DNA of 64,000 bases from contig NC_134025.1 of assembly GCF_964204645.1 (NCBI RefSeq), forward strand, positions 11,160,001 through 11,224,000. The letters run 5' to 3'. A program made the translations under genes and the position numbers. The notes below the pieces were generated by a model. The model had not been told where the DNA came from. It did not search any database and saw only the letters and a program-made list of their open reading frames with translations. Positions 1-14,015 of the stretch are shown here, piece by piece; the stretch's first letter is position 1, and every line of letters begins with the position of its first letter. The stretch comes from Tubulanus polymorphus. Lineage: Eukaryota > Animalia > Nemertea.

Positions 1-2755
1 CTGGATATGAAGAAATGTGTCATTCAATTCGAGTTTTAATTCAATTCATATATATACAAATATAGTGAATTGAAGTTGTTTAAAGATTTTAACAGCTTCA
101 TGAGTTAATCAATATCTGCTTTAAGTCCAACAAAGATTACTGGGATTTTACGCCGTCTTGTATTCGGGATGCAATTTTTCCAATCCGCTGTCTTCCGGCT
201 GTTGTTGCACCTGCGTGCTTAAATAGATTATAAACTTTTAAACTATTATGAAATATGATTATGGCTTTCTCGCTGCGTTCGAGCCATTTATTAAAATTGC
301 CGATGACACAATGTCCAATCAACGTTCGAACCGACGACGATCGATTCGTTACCCAATTAACAATGCATTGAAACAATTAGATTTTAAGAAAGTAAATTTC
401 CTGTCTACCAGTCATTAAGCCATCCGTCGCTAATTACTTCATTATACAGCAAGACAACTTGGTAAAAAATGTGACTGAGGTCTGCGGTGCAAAGCGCCGA
501 TACGTGGCGTGGCGCAGACGACACGAATTTGCATGCATGTCATAATTTGTTTAGAACGAAACGGAATTAATGTTTTTGAAATTGATCTAATTTGCAGATG
601 CCGCGACACGACCGCAATATGTTGTCGTTCAGTTCTCTCCAATATTATATCCTAATGGTCATATTTCAATTTTTAAGTTCTATTATAATTCATTAAATGC
701 CATTAACATAGCCTGTTCGTAACGTTGGTCGACCATCAGGTGCAATTTTATGATTATCGTTTTTTCCCCGATCTTAATTCGTTTTCGGTTCGCATTCAAT
801 TTCCAGCGTAAATGCATATCTCCGAATGTCGTAGATAATGCGTTTACTCTATCCATCAGAACGAAAGGCTATAATCACTACCGTCGGATAACGAGAAATA
901 TTTTTCTATTAATTCTTATAATGATTGACCTAACCTAGCAATGTTGGCAAGGTGGGTGTTATTTTGTCCGAAATATGTTTGAAATAATATCACAACAAAT
1001 CGTCTTTTGCCACACACGCTGAAAAATAGGCTAAAAATTGTCCCTACCTGAAAAACGAAGCCTTTTCCTTTTCGAAGTCATAGCGACAGATACATGCACG
1101 TAACTTTTACAAGACGTAATGAAATACGATGCCTTTTTTTAATCCAACATAGAATTGTAATGATGTTATCCGCCGTGTGAAATACTAACGATGTCGCCCG
1201 TTGAAGTGATCTTTCAATGTTGTGAAACATTATCGAACAAAAAGCTCGTCGGTGCCTCTCTTAATGGTCATTGTATTGGCCAAGCAGTGAACTATGACCC
1301 AGTCAACCTGTCCGGCGTCGTAAAAAATCATATATCGCGTGAATAGCCCTCGAACACAACTCGGATGAGCTGACCTTCCCGCTGAACTAAAGACATATAC
1401 GAACGGTTTGGTCAGTAGATACATACAAAGTTCAAGACGTGTACTACGTATATATATGCGCATTATGATAGGATGTGTTTCTGCTAATAAAAATGACTCA
1501 TGATTTCACCGTAGATTTTTAAAAGCAATTTCGACCGGTCTTCAATGTCCACTGAACACGAGCAGTATTTTGATGGTCCGTGCAACCGTGAATGCGCATC
1601 TAAATGACCGGTAATAAATGTAAATCGCCATTTTTATTAGCCAATCGTTGTCGGCAATGACCAAAGCTCGCCTTCGGTCGCGAATATATCGTTTTCTCAT
1701 CTGACGCGGTTGTAATTTTGTAAATGCCACAGTGGAAACGGTCAAATACGCGCGGTCAAGCCGCCGTTGTCCACAAAGGCCAAATTGTTGATGATGATAC
1801 CGTCGGATTCACTGTCACTCTTCACAAACACTGATATAATGGTCGTTAATAACGTGTTTGGACAGTATTTTTTTCTTTCGCGGGACGTCTACATACAATA
1901 CGTCCACCGGGACGATTGTCGTCAATGACCAATGGAATTACAAATGATGGATTATGCTGCCTCGTTGCAATAGATTACAATATTGTTAAAAGAGCATTAG
2001 GAGGTCCCGACATGACACTGTTTACGATCGAGCTGGACAGCGGTCATCTCTGTACAAATATCATTGACAACCTCGCGCGATAACACGTGCCGAAATGTAA
2101 CCCCGGCTATAATATGATTTATAAGACATGTGCTTGTACGGCGGTTGAAAACCGAACACGCTAAAGGGTCACCGCCTGGTTATCATAATCGAATTTTAGT
2201 CGGACAGATATATTCTTGTCGGAGAATCGTGTATGCTCGGCTTCGTCGAAAGATCTAATTATACGTACGAGGCCGGAGGTATTGTCCTCACGACAAAATA
2301 GCCGCAAAAATGTAACAAAACGAAATGACCGCCATCGATGCATATACGAGGATTGCATATCGGGGTAGATCTTTTACGCGTGATATCCATCTTCGTCCGG
2401 AGACGTAATCACGAGGTCTTATAGATTTATCGTTTTTCAAAGTGGCTGCAAAACTGTGATCTAACGAACCAAAATCCCCCACGCCCCCGAGAACCAAAAT
2501 GTAGGCTACGGGGGGACGTAGAAAACCAGCTATACCACAAGATGCATGACTTGGATAGCAGCGGTCAGATTCCTAAGCTCCCAAAAGCTCCTAAAAACAG
2601 TCGGTGTTTGTTGTACGTTTCATTGATAATTGATTTACTCTAGTATTTTTAAGTAATTGTAGAATTGTAGTAATTATTGATCCTCGCTTGCCAACCGTGG
2701 TAGGGTTACACTGTCCGCTGCTACATACGTGTTTTAGCACGGTTTCAATGCCAAT

Positions 2756-4200
2756 AGCCTACAAGCTTTTATTGATAAACACAATATTCTCTCATGTAAC
2801 CAATTCGGTTTTCGAAAAGGTCTCTCCACGTCACATGCTTTAATCGCATTTACTAATTACATCACTGAGAATCTAGATAATGGAAAATTTACTGTTAGTA
2901 TCATGCTTGATTTAAAAAAAGCATTTGACACTATTGATCATTCTATATTATTAGACAAGTTGTATAGTTACGGAATTCGAGGGGTTGCTCATTCATGGTT
3001 CAAATCCTACCTCACTAACCGCTTACAGCAAGTGTCGTTCAAGAACTATTTATCTGATGTCAGTCCCATTCCTATAGGGGTACCTCAGGGTTCCATCTTA
3101 GGGCCCTTGCTATTCATTTTGTTTGTTAATGACATCGTTTATTCTTGTAATTTAAACTTTTTACTATTTGCTGACGATACGACTGCCATTAACTCTCATT
3201 CCGATCTGAATATACTGCAATCAAATACTAATGTTGAGCTCACTAAACTGTTTAACTGGCTAAACTCCAATAGGCTATCTGCTAATCTGTTGAAAACGAA
3301 TTATATGCTTTTCCATAAAAAGATCAATATTCTTGATGATATCGACCTTGTAATGGGTAATGTTTCAATAACTAGAAACAGAGAAACAAAATTCCTTGGT
3401 GTAATAATTGACGACAGCCTAACATGGAACTCCCACATAAACAAGCTGTGCTCTATTGTTAGCAGAAATATTGGTGTATTAAGAAAAGCACGACGTATTT
3501 TTCCTAGATCCGCGCTCATCAAGTTATTCAACGGTTTCATCCTTCCGTATCTACAGTACTGTAATATCGTCTGGGCATCTAATTATGTAACTAGGTTACG
3601 ACCCCTTATTTTGCTTCAAAAACGCGCTATTCGCATTGCTAGTGGGGTAAATTTTCTAGAACACACTACTCCACTGTTCAAAAAGTCGTATCAACTCAAA
3701 CTTCAAGACATCAATGTGTTCCAAAATTCTGTACTGATGTATAAATCTGTCCATGTGTTGCTGCCTGTCAAATTGTCCAATAGTTTAATTCGTATTTCTG
3801 ATCTTCATTCCCACAACACCCGTAACTCTAATCAATTTCGTTTACCTTATTACAGAACCAATATCAGGATGTTTTCTCCTAACATTAATTGTATTAGAGT
3901 CTGGAATTCTCTTCCAACTGAACTTCAGCAAGCATCCAACATCGATATATTCAAGCGGAATTTGAAAAGACATATAATAGGATTGTATTAATACTTATCA
4001 TACTTGTGTTTAACATCATGTCCATCCATTCCGCCAGGGCATTAGGCTTTTTTCATTAAAAGTATACCCCCCTTTGGGGTCCCTTTTTGTCCTTTTTCTT
4101 TACTACGCTTTACAGTGTAGAAGTACTTTCTGTAACTTTTCTTTTATGTAATAGTGATGACTGTATTTCTGTATTGTATCTCTTTAGTGAAGAAATAAAC
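2756..4200 (+). mobile_element. 5'-truncated non-LTR retrotransposon (LINE), CR1/L2 group (Crack/L2-like), apparently young
   Basis: The frame is open from ~2756 (SLQAFIDKHNILSCNQFGFRKGLSTSHAL...) through the RT motifs LDLKKAFDTIDH, GVPQGSILGPLLF, LFADD and KFLGVIID, then the typical C-terminus HNTR...WNSLP...FKRNLK, to a stop at 3991. A T-rich 3' UTR follows with a small stem-loop (4066-4080) and AATAAA at 4194-4199. There is no endonuclease or ORF1 upstream and no TSD was found. Confidence 0.95.
2903..3991 (+). CDS. Reverse transcriptase (ORF2 C-terminal part) of the truncated LINE; ATG 2903 is an internal Met, not a true start
   Basis: 362-aa ORF with non-LTR RT motifs (DLKKAFD, GVPQGSILGP, FADD). 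RT-like sequence continues in frame ~49 codons upstream of the ATG. Confidence 0.9.
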   Translation: MLDLKKAFDTIDHSILLDKLYSYGIRGVAHSWFKSYLTNRLQQVSFKNYLSDVSPIPIGVPQGSILGPLLFILFVNDIVYSCNLNFLLFADDTTAINSHSDLNILQSNTNVELTKLFNWLNSNRLSANLLKTNYMLFHKKINILDDIDLVMGNVSITRNRETKFLGVIIDDSLTWNSHINKLCSIVSRNIGVLRKARRIFPRSALIKLFNGFILPYLQYCNIVWASNYVTRLRPLILLQKRAIRIASGVNFLEHTTPLFKKSYQLKLQDINVFQNSVLMYKSVHVLLPVKLSNSLIRISDLHSHNTRNSNQFRLPYYRTNIRMFSPNINCIRVWNSLPTELQQASNIDIFKRNLKRHIIGLY

Positions 4201-5689
4201 TTAGTATATTAAGCTTGATCATCGGACACCGCCGGTGAAATAACTGGCCCCGGATATCGTCTGCATGCAGTGGTGTGACAGATATATTCAAAAAATAAAT
4301 CAATTTGCACCGTGTTTCTGCAAAGGGGTCTTTGTGGACGCGATAAATTTCCATCACTGCCGGCGACGAGATGACAATGTTTATGTAAGGACTTTTGTCC
4401 GCGGAGATTGCCGGTATGTGACCGGAGAATGTAAGAGGTCTGCCGCGTAGCTTTATCAGATATACCACCCCAGTCATCTCTCGACAGTCGGCTAAAGCAA
4501 TCTTGCTGACTGCTCGTGCGAAAATCTACATCTAATTACACCGGAATGCTCTGTCCGCTGTATTATGATATGTATAAACGGCCGCGAATATGACAATGTT
4601 TGATGTTGACATAAACCATGCGATGATTGCGCGTAAATACACAGGATTAACACTTCACCTTGCGTCATGCCGTCGTTTTTGGTGCAGCGATGATTTGACG
4701 ATATAGGGTGCGAGCAAATAATTACTCTTTTTTAAAAAATCGGTCAACGGACAGAGAAACAGATAGGCATACATATATATGTATATACATCATAACTCGC
4801 CCCGTCGAAATGATATCAAATTGCAGATTTCTACCACGCGCAATCCTTTTTATTTCCTACGCGCAGACAAAAAGAAACTCGCCATCAAGGAATTGATGAA
4901 CGTTTTCTTGATAAAATCTACGAATGTAGCTCATCACGGTGAGTAGTTTAAGTGGCCATTGCGCCGGGGAAAGATTCCGCTGGAAATAATTCATAGATTC
5001 AATCATTTTTAAATCCATTAGATCGACGGCAGCGCGCCAGTTTAAAAGAATTCAGAGCCGAAGTCTTGGCAAGAAAATATTTTTCTTGCACAATTTCATC
5101 ATGTTTGATTGAATTCGGTTGCCCCGTGGCTTAAGCGACGTACAAAACCTGTCACGATCGAAGCGCAGAACGAAGGCCTTCCAAATATTGACTTTTCTCC
5201 CGGAATTAAACACAAACTCCACGCGCACAGTTACAATCGTTAGTCGCAGTTTTAAAAACGACCAGAACTAATCAGCGACGACGCAGCAGCAGCAGCGGGA
5301 AATACTCGAGAAATATAAATCTGACCAGTAAACCTCGTTCGACTAATGGCGAGCATTAGTGTTGCTTCAAAAACTTGATACAAAATATCAATAGATTTTA
5401 ATCTTTCGAAATGCGAACGCGCCGGTAAAATTCAACGTTATCGAAGCGCGCCGACGCCGAATAATCGATATCTTTTTGCGCGACGGGTGAGATTTTGATA
5501 ATTTCTGGATTTTCATTCGAAGACGATTCCGTGAAAGTCCAAAACCATCAACGCGTTGATGACGAAAACGCGGCCACTCGCTATCGTTCTGTTATCGGCG
5601 TCGTATTTTCACTTCAACTGACATAAGTACCTGTCAAAATTTCATCATATGTTTTGCTGAAATGCATCTTCCATTTAGATTTTCATCCA

Positions 5690-6030
5690 GTTTTTAGAAA
5701 ACCTGCATAAAAACGAATATCGGCCTTCCTGAATAATACGCCTCTGTATATTCAAAGCTGGAACAATCACTCTGATCCATAGCGTATACTGGGATTACAA
5801 ATTCAACCGAAGCGATGGATATTTCAAGAGGGTCGGAAAATGGCTGCAGCTCGGGCCTTTTAATACTGAAAACAGACTTCAAGTGTAGCATCTAGTAGAA
5901 ATTCAAACGACCTAACAGCGCGCTTGGATTATAAACTCGCATCCGTCTTGTCATCCCTTGTCTCAAGACCAGTGTTTTAGTTCTCACTGGAGTGCAGCGA
6001 TTAAAATTCAACAAAAGCATAAGTGCCATC
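5690..6030 (+). mobile_element. Possible heavily decayed CR1-group LINE ORF2 C-terminal fragment
   Basis: Manual translation across frameshifts gives VYSKLE, AAAR, QTSSV and TARLDYK in the order expected for CR1-type ORF2 (VRSKLEY..VQ..AAR..TSSV..RL..YK). It has many stops and indels. Confidence 0.3.
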
Positions 6031-8059
6031 GCCGGTTGATGTAGGAAAACAAGATTATGTGCGAGGAATATTTGCTTCGAAAAATGAAACTTCAAATGTA
6101 ACGGAGTGGCGTGGTTGTGCTCTTTGATAGATGACAACAAATAACTGAAGCCGAACGAACGTGAGCGAACGCTGGCGCGGTCACCCATTTTCTCAAAACG
6201 GATATGAAAATATATCAACAATGTCGAACGAAACGTATGACTATGGGAAATAAATATTCTTAAATCTATGATAATCTTTTATATTATTTTTTGATCTTGA
6301 TATAGGAATGATAGTCCATCTTTTTCATTTGAAGGATTGAATGATTTCATTTGATTGGATTTATTTGGTGCCCGTTACAACCCTCCCAAACATCTCGGGA
6401 ACGAACAGGGGTTTTCTTTTGAAATCGGAAATCGCAGTACAGATATATGAAGTTGGATGGTCGGCCAAATGTACATATTTGGAAATTTCGGTTCTGGTCC
6501 GTGTTTAAACAATCTTCTCACCAGCTTATGATTTGGATTTGGAAATAACTACATACATTTTCCATTTAAATCTATCCCTGGAGTGACTGGCAATGGCCAC
6601 TATCTAAGGAACAAATTTGTTGAAATAAAATTTTCACGAAAGGCGTTAAGCCCGCTATTTCCATAAATGTAGAAAACGTTTTTCTTTACGGATCCGCCAT
6701 ATACGTGATCGATCTCATTATCCCGTTTGAATTTTTTACTCGTATAGCAAACCAGTTTTTTTAAACGGCTAATAGTATCAGCTGACCTGCGAGTGCCCTA
6801 TGGTTTAGACCGTTGGTGTACGTATGTAGCGAGTAAATATATTATTAATCGTGAGAAAAATAGAATGGAACCTTCGCGTGAACCCAGGCGATCCAAAGGA
6901 GCAGAAAGAAAGGAAGCTCTATGTACGCATTGGCGCAGCTGCAACTGAACGCTCAGGCCGAAATATGTAACTGCCATAGCTCAGGTAGACGACATAACCG
7001 CCAAAGACGAATGGGTTAGAATACAAACTGTCGCCGGTCGACTATTTAGCGTTGAATTTCAGGAACAACTGCCACAAATGTCTATCTTAATCACTTGCGA
7101 AACTGACGCAACGGAGACGTTAGAAGAAAATTGGCGGCATTATTTTCCCAACTTTAGTAGTAAGGGAAGGTGCTCGTCCGGTAACTACGTTTTAAATTGA
7201 AAACGCCGTGCAAAGATGCTCCGAAACAGCGGTAATACGTATTATAGTCGTTATATAACGGTAATCACCGGGAATATCGGACGAATCGTGTATCTGGCAA
7301 GCCGCCGTCGTAAATGTCAAGGTCAAATTGTCGACGCCATCGTCACGTGGTCATAATTTACTATTGGTAGTTGTTTGATAGTATTTGTATTGACCCGATT
7401 GATCTGCTATAAAATTCTGAACGATCTCATCGACCATTCATGGTTTCATCTATATCTACTGCCAATGATTAATGAGTCCAGTCTTATACATCCAGTGACT
7501 GTATGACTGTTGACTGGTTGGCGAAAAAAAAGACACAGATCGCCGGAGACAACGATGCGCGTATTATACACGGATCACACTACGCTCCAATTGCTCGTCA
7601 ATTGAGGCTATTGTATAATGCGTACAGAGATCGCGATAGTCGTAGTAGATATCTTTTTATGAACATAGTATTTTGCATCGTAACGCCGACTGCCGCATGA
7701 GACCAGCGATAATTTTGACATGACACATTTCGAATCGATGCAAAAGCTATAGATGTAGAAAGATACGGAAGTGTATTGTAAATGAATGCCACGGCGTATG
7801 AGGTTTTTTGTCAGTACTGTCTGCATTGCTCTCTGGTCGGTTTCTAATGGCCGACTAATTCTAATTGATCAGATTTAGTGCCGATCGTTAGTGATTAGAG
7901 AAAGTCCCTTCATGGTCATTGCCAGGTTTAATTTGTCCAGTAATATGTCAATCCAAGGGTAAGTTGATTAGAGGCAGGATGCCACGTCTTGTACGTCTCG
8001 AACCCAGTGAAAATAAGAGAAAAAAAAACAAAATATTACTTTCTTCTTCGTCCAATATA

Positions 8060-8500
8060 TTTTCCTTATTCTTTCTCTTGGATATATTTTACAGTGTGAG
8101 ATAGATACTCCAGAGAGCAAGCTCCGGATATAAACGGCATGCCCACCTCGAAATAGAAAAAATATCGAACAATAGGCACGTGCTTGTCGTCGACCAAAGG
8201 TCAATTCTCAGACTAAGGTTTTCTTTAAAGCTGATTGATATCGGAGCTCGGACAGTGGCCGAACGGCCAGTGGTCACACCGGGGATAAAAAAATGAGGCG
8301 CCCTGGGGATCTAACTATTTTTTGTTCCGAAATGAACATCTGGTGGCAAACAATCGGCAGCGTGCTTGGCGAGTAATATGTCATCTGGACGTTTTGCTGG
8401 CCACTGACTAGCCAAAAGATGATCAAGCCTTTGTTTGGACGTTTCGGTTTCGAGGAAAACCTTCGTCGGCCCATTAACCGAGGTTTTAGCCATTTTCTTT
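8060..8500 (+). mobile_element. Decayed RTE-clade LINE, C-terminal ORF fragment
   Basis: Collinear degenerate RTE motifs across frameshifts: EIEKI(S/W)NNR at 8150-8176, RLR.FKA at ~8210-8233, YGA..W at ~8240-8258, RR(A)LGI at ~8296-8311, RFAGH at 8390-8404, then .W..G...RP. Confidence 0.5.
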
Positions 8501-11500
8501 TGTGAGTCGTACACGAATATCCGACTAAAGCGATAGATTTCGGGGGACGAATCATAAAGAAGAGAAGTGTACAAGAAAAAAAAACAGGCGTTGTTGAATA
8601 TCCAACCTCTGGCCTGGTTAGAGCTACCCTGGTCGCCTCGTCGGTAGAGTTCGGGTCAGGGTCACGCGATGTATAGTGTGTGTGACAACTCGACAACAGT
8701 GGAAACGCAATACTTGCCCCACTTGCGACCAGACTATAGAAAAAAAACCACAGAGCATCACATACGAGATATGCAACCGACGAAAATATGCCCGACCATG
8801 GGAAAACGAAGAAATGACGCATGAATAATGAAAAACCTGACCACAAAGAAGAATCTACTATTCTATAGAATAAGTGTGATATGGGCCGATTTGCGGTCGG
8901 CTCGGAGCTTGACTTCGCTAAACGCTCGGCAGACTGGTTTTTGGTTAGACGGAAAAACGCCTTTATTTGCAGGTGCAATCGACGGGCAATTTCTTCTAAA
9001 TATACAACCGGGCCATGGATACAGCCGGGTCGAAAAGGAAGATGTTTCGCGTTGACCTCCTATGATTCTGCTTCGGCCAATTTTTTAATAGTCGTTCTTT
9101 GAAAAAAAGAGATAAACATCTATATACGGCCCGGATGTTTAATTGCCATGATTGAATCGTTATCTGGTCGGATTGATGTAGGTTGTGTCCGCAGTGTGTG
9201 GGTTCATCGCTAGACTACATAGGCTGAAAGGTCATGTTGTCGAAAAAAATATAGAACGAATCTCGCGCACAAAGGTTCGGCGTTTATCGACAAAAAATGT
9301 ATTCATTCGTATATGTACAAGGCTGCTCGCCCGCTCCAACTATTAACGCGGCCATTATACTCGGAAATCTATTTCTCAAAGCCAGTCGGTCGCCGTTCTT
9401 ATTTTCTTCGAAAGCGTTATAGAGAAATTAAACAATACGCTGTCCTAAATACTCGCTGCGAACGCGAACTTTATATTTGAAATGTTGGTCAGCTCGCCAA
9501 ATAATGTAGTCGTTTTTACGTACTTAAATCTGTATATATCATTTTGAATAATGCCGTTGAGATAAGATTTTTTAAATGTTGACGTCACGCATTGAGAAAG
9601 CGACCGCCTACGTCTACTTAATCGCTACACCCACCGAAGGCCTTGTATACACAAATCCGTCCGTGGGCTGATGACCGAAACAAAATCGACTGTTTTGATT
9701 TGTTTGAAACGGTCGAAATATCGGCGAACGGCAGCCGTTTTAAAGTGAAAGCTCTGTCGCGCATTAGAATCAGTTCGAAGTGTTTAGATGTGAATTTGAA
9801 GTTGTGCCTAGAAGCGATCAACTGGCCAACATTTTACCTATGCACGTTCGTCAGTTAATGATGAGATGTCTCTCTCTCGCTAACGCAGTGACAAGTCACC
9901 GTGAACAGTTTAATGAACAGCTGGAGTGAATCTTGAATTTTTGAATCCATAAAAATAATAATTTAAGTCACAGTTGCCATGGAAACGTTCTCCTACTAGA
10001 AAGCCTCATTAATTAGAAGGGTCAATAACATATGACATTATTTTCCCCAACTAGCCATATTCGAGCGGTTCTCCAACTTCTGAAATCGACGGCCTTTGAT
10101 CACGCTTGCATTTCAAGCCCGTAAAACAGCATTAAAATTTTAGAACGAAATTAAAGGCAAGTCTCTTTTGATTAGAGAGAAATGTGCGTTGGCTAGAGTG
10201 GTCTTCCTCGACTTAACACGTGTAGATGTTCGTCTGATGATGTTCCCCGGTGCACGGAGTCGAAAATCTAGTTTAAAAAAAAATCGCATTTTGGAGCTTT
10301 TAAGACGTCTTAAAGTTTAAGTCGATTTCGTTCGACCGAGGCAAGCGAGCGCCACGCATGGTGGTGGTGTATGTTTTATTTAGAATTGAAGCCGAGTAAG
10401 TATACGCGCCGAGAGAAAACGTTATTTTTTTCCCGAAGTGCTACCCGAAACTTTGACGAGTTAATGATCGTTTAATTACGTCATAAGCTCGACCGTTGAG
10501 GATACGTAATAAAATGCCCATCTGCCAAACCGAACAACCCGGTACCATAACATAAACGACGGCACGCTGAATTGTAGATTACGATGGCTTTTTACCGAAT
10601 TTAAAACTGGGTACTGGTTCCATATGACGAAAATACGTAATTTCTTTTTTCCCATCCGTATATTATATCTCTCGCTCAGCGATGAATCGCCCGGTCGTTA
10701 TATCGCGGAAACGATACGCAAGATGGCCGCCGCGACGTATAGCAATTAAATTTTCAAAGTGGACTGAACTTCAAGGATAAATACACGCCGGCGGTTGCAA
10801 TTCATCGTGATCAGTTAATGTCCGGTAGCTAGTATTTTTCTACTGTCAGTGTAACTCTTGATGGTCTATTCCGGCGACTAATGAGGTGCGCTAATGGCCG
10901 CACAGCTTGCATGCTGCCAGAACGATGTACTGCCCTTCGAAGCATTCATCATGCTTTCTCATCTATTTAAATTTTAATCATGAAATTTTTCAATCTCGCC
11001 GCCGATGCGCTGTCCTGACGTAAGTGGCACCCGGTTGCAACGACAAAGCCATTTTGACCAGGAGTGAGTCAGTCGGCTGTAATGACCCAAGGCTGAAGTA
11101 GAACACAAAGCACATTAAAATGCAAAGTTTATCGCTCGTCGCAACAGCAGTTACGCAAAAAGACCGTCATTGTTCTGAAAACAAAATGCCCGTCACTGCA
11201 GTTAAACCGAATTCGCATCGCCATCAGCAAAAAATCGCCATTTCATTTCACAAATTTTACAAAATGTGGATTAAATCGAACGTAGGGATGAGATTAAGCT
11301 GTCAACATTGGTCAAAATAAGATGGAACTAATCCCTCTATGATATTAATGCAGCGACGCACACTTCATCGAAATTAGATATGGCAACAGAAGAAGTCCTC
11401 GTAGCTGAATGTTGTAATATCGCGAAGCGCTCTGTACTGCGCTTTAGGACTGATCTATCGTAATCGGTTTGCTTATTCAACCGCGCTGAAAATCGCTTTT

Positions 11501-13930
11501 ACTTAATTTATGCGAAAACTGACCCGGGTCAAGCGAGAAAGCAAGCAATCCCATACGTCCGTTTCGATGGCGATAACAGTCAAAATCTGGTAATCGAAAC
11601 GAAGGAGTTTAATCCGGGGCCGGAGTTAAAAGGATCTGTACTGCGACTGCTCGGGGTTACGTTTCTGCCGCAGATGGCCATAGTTTTAATCCCTAAGATC
11701 CTGGCGCTGTCAGAACCAACGGACGCTCAAACCAACGTTCGGAACGCCGGCGACTCGTATTGTAATGGCAAGGCGGAGCTTGTCGAAAATCTCTCCTCGC
11801 AACAAATGCATCCTCGGTGTGAACTGTCTCTCATATGATAATTGAGATACGATTTTCATTTAATGTCCAGTATATCTGACCGCGACCGTCTCGATATTTT
11901 CGACCAACGCAAAACGACGACGGTCGTCTCCTGCTTTCAGCCGCCGAGTTACGTGACCCCGAGGTCAACGATGAGACGAGAGTCTAATCTATTTTGGTCA
12001 ATTTATAGCCGAGTGTACATACGGATCCGCTGTTGACCAGGTTATTTTCTAATAACTCTGCGCGCGGCCATCTCGTTCCGGGGAAAATTATACGCCGAAA
12101 AATGATTTATATTGTATAATCGCCGCATGATTGCAGGACCGCCATTCAAGTTTAATCAGGTTATTCCAGTTACGATAGCATCATCTACAGCCTGGTTCGT
12201 CATAACACGCATTATCGCCCCGTCGAGACCACTGTCCACTATTTGATTTAATTACCAAGCGCCAAGTTTGCCAACAAGCAATATGGCTGCGATGGACCCC
12301 AGAGTCATCAGCAACGATCGTCGAATACACCTCGGCCGTGTATATGGTCAGCGTATTCGGTCGTATTATTTTTGCTCGGGTATAGTTTTTTTTACGCGAG
12401 AAATGCCAGAAACTATATCGGTCATAACGGATGGATAATATAATTTTCATCCCCGGGTTAAAAAGGTGGCTTATGAGTCCGAGGCTATCATAGTATATAC
12501 CATCCAGTGATTGTATTTGAGTTTTCTTTTTTCAAATGTACAAACCGTTGCGTATTTCTGAATAAAGATTAAAAATGCTGGTATTTTTGTTGTTGGTGAT
12601 GATGATAGGGAACGAGTTCTGAGGGCAGTGACTATGGCCGTAGTTTGCACTACGTGTAAACGTTTGCGGCCAGCGTTGTTAATGCATCCATATGATTCTA
12701 TTATTATTTTGCGAATCGAGCCATTCAAATTTAGACGATCGTCTATTCCGTTCTTTCGAATATAAGTAGTATACTTTCCGCATGCGTCACGTGTTTCAAC
12801 AAATCGCGCCCCGGAGGGATACGGGGCCGGATTGAACGACCGACAAGACTACGACAACTCGGAACAATGGCTACCGGCTCAGTCTACACGGGTCATATTA
12901 CTACGTATATATTATTCCCATTCAGGAGTCCGAATAGTATAATACAAGATTGTATTTTTTTCAGCTTGACAATTGATGCCAATTTAATTCCGATTTACAG
13001 CAATTGCGCGTCTCTACATATGTGCATAGTTCGCATATATGAAGTGGCTTTAAGTTGATTGTGCCGAAGGTTCGGCTAATATCCGACCGTTCGCAATCGT
13101 GATACCAGGCGTCGCCGAACATATTGGAGAACAATGACTCTTTTCTTCGCAGGATCACACACATTAAAATTTTATACGTATACGGTAACGATATATTACG
13201 ATCAATTTCCGAAGAAATTAGCGACTGCGACCTTGATATATAAAAATAGTCGGCGATGAAATGCATATTTCATCGCGGCGGATATGAAGTAGCGTTCGAA
13301 CACACGTCGAATTTAATGAATTTATTAGATCTTTAATTTTTCGAGCAGATGCCTGTATAAATATGAATTCCGATCGGGGCCACCACTTCGTCGTATATGC
13401 CCCAGGAGATCAGTAAGGTTTATTCGGGTAGATTATTTCACATGCGATAGTCGTTCACACCGGTATTGGCCAGCGAAAAATTCTCGGACAAAAATGATCT
13501 GTATCCATTTCGTTCATTAATCAGTGCCAGATAAGTCGGCAGTCGTTTTTCATATGTATAACCCCAGCGATGGGTTATTAATCCCTCATAACCAAGTTTG
13601 CAAGAGATTATGGATGCATTTGACCAGTTCTGGCTATGACAAATTAGTGGTGCTGAGGGGACAACAGTGTTTTTGTAATTAATGGTCGACGCGATCGGAG
13701 GAGAAAGTGATGAATCAGGATGCGCTATACACGCGCAGCCGGGATGCGATATTAATTAATATAAAAGGTGTATGTCGATATGGCGATGGCAAAAGAATGA
13801 CCCCTAAACGCCGTAAATACGACACGCCGATTTATCGAGCGAGGTCTGGGAACCCAAACGCAAGGAATATCGTACGTAATAGTAACTCGTTTATTCATCT
13901 CGAACGTAGCGACGAAATTGATAGATTTCA

Positions 13931-14015
13931 ACAGAGGGAGTGGTGGACAGGACAGACGAAGGAGAGATGAGAGAGTGAGGGAGTGAGGGGAGTGTATAAG
14001 AGAGGCAGAGAGCCG
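13931..14015. repeat. Purine-rich (GA/GGGA) low-complexity tract
   Basis: acagagggagtggtggacaggacagacgaaggagagatgagagagtgagggagtgaggggagtgtataagagaggcagagag, strongly purine-biased on the + strand. Confidence 0.75.

Noticed and set aside
2997-3007. B-box-like GGTTCAAATCC
   Set aside because: It lies inside the LINE RT frame (WFKS) and has no tRNA context.
6949-7200. ~83-codon stop-free + frame (KYVTAIAQVDD...WRHYFPNF...)
   Set aside because: No recognisable motif and no convincing splice boundaries. The length is compatible with chance in 64 kb.
8274-8978. 234-aa minus-strand ORF
   Set aside because: No recognisable domain and a non-ATG start. It is partly antisense to a decayed RTE fragment and is most likely a chance frame.
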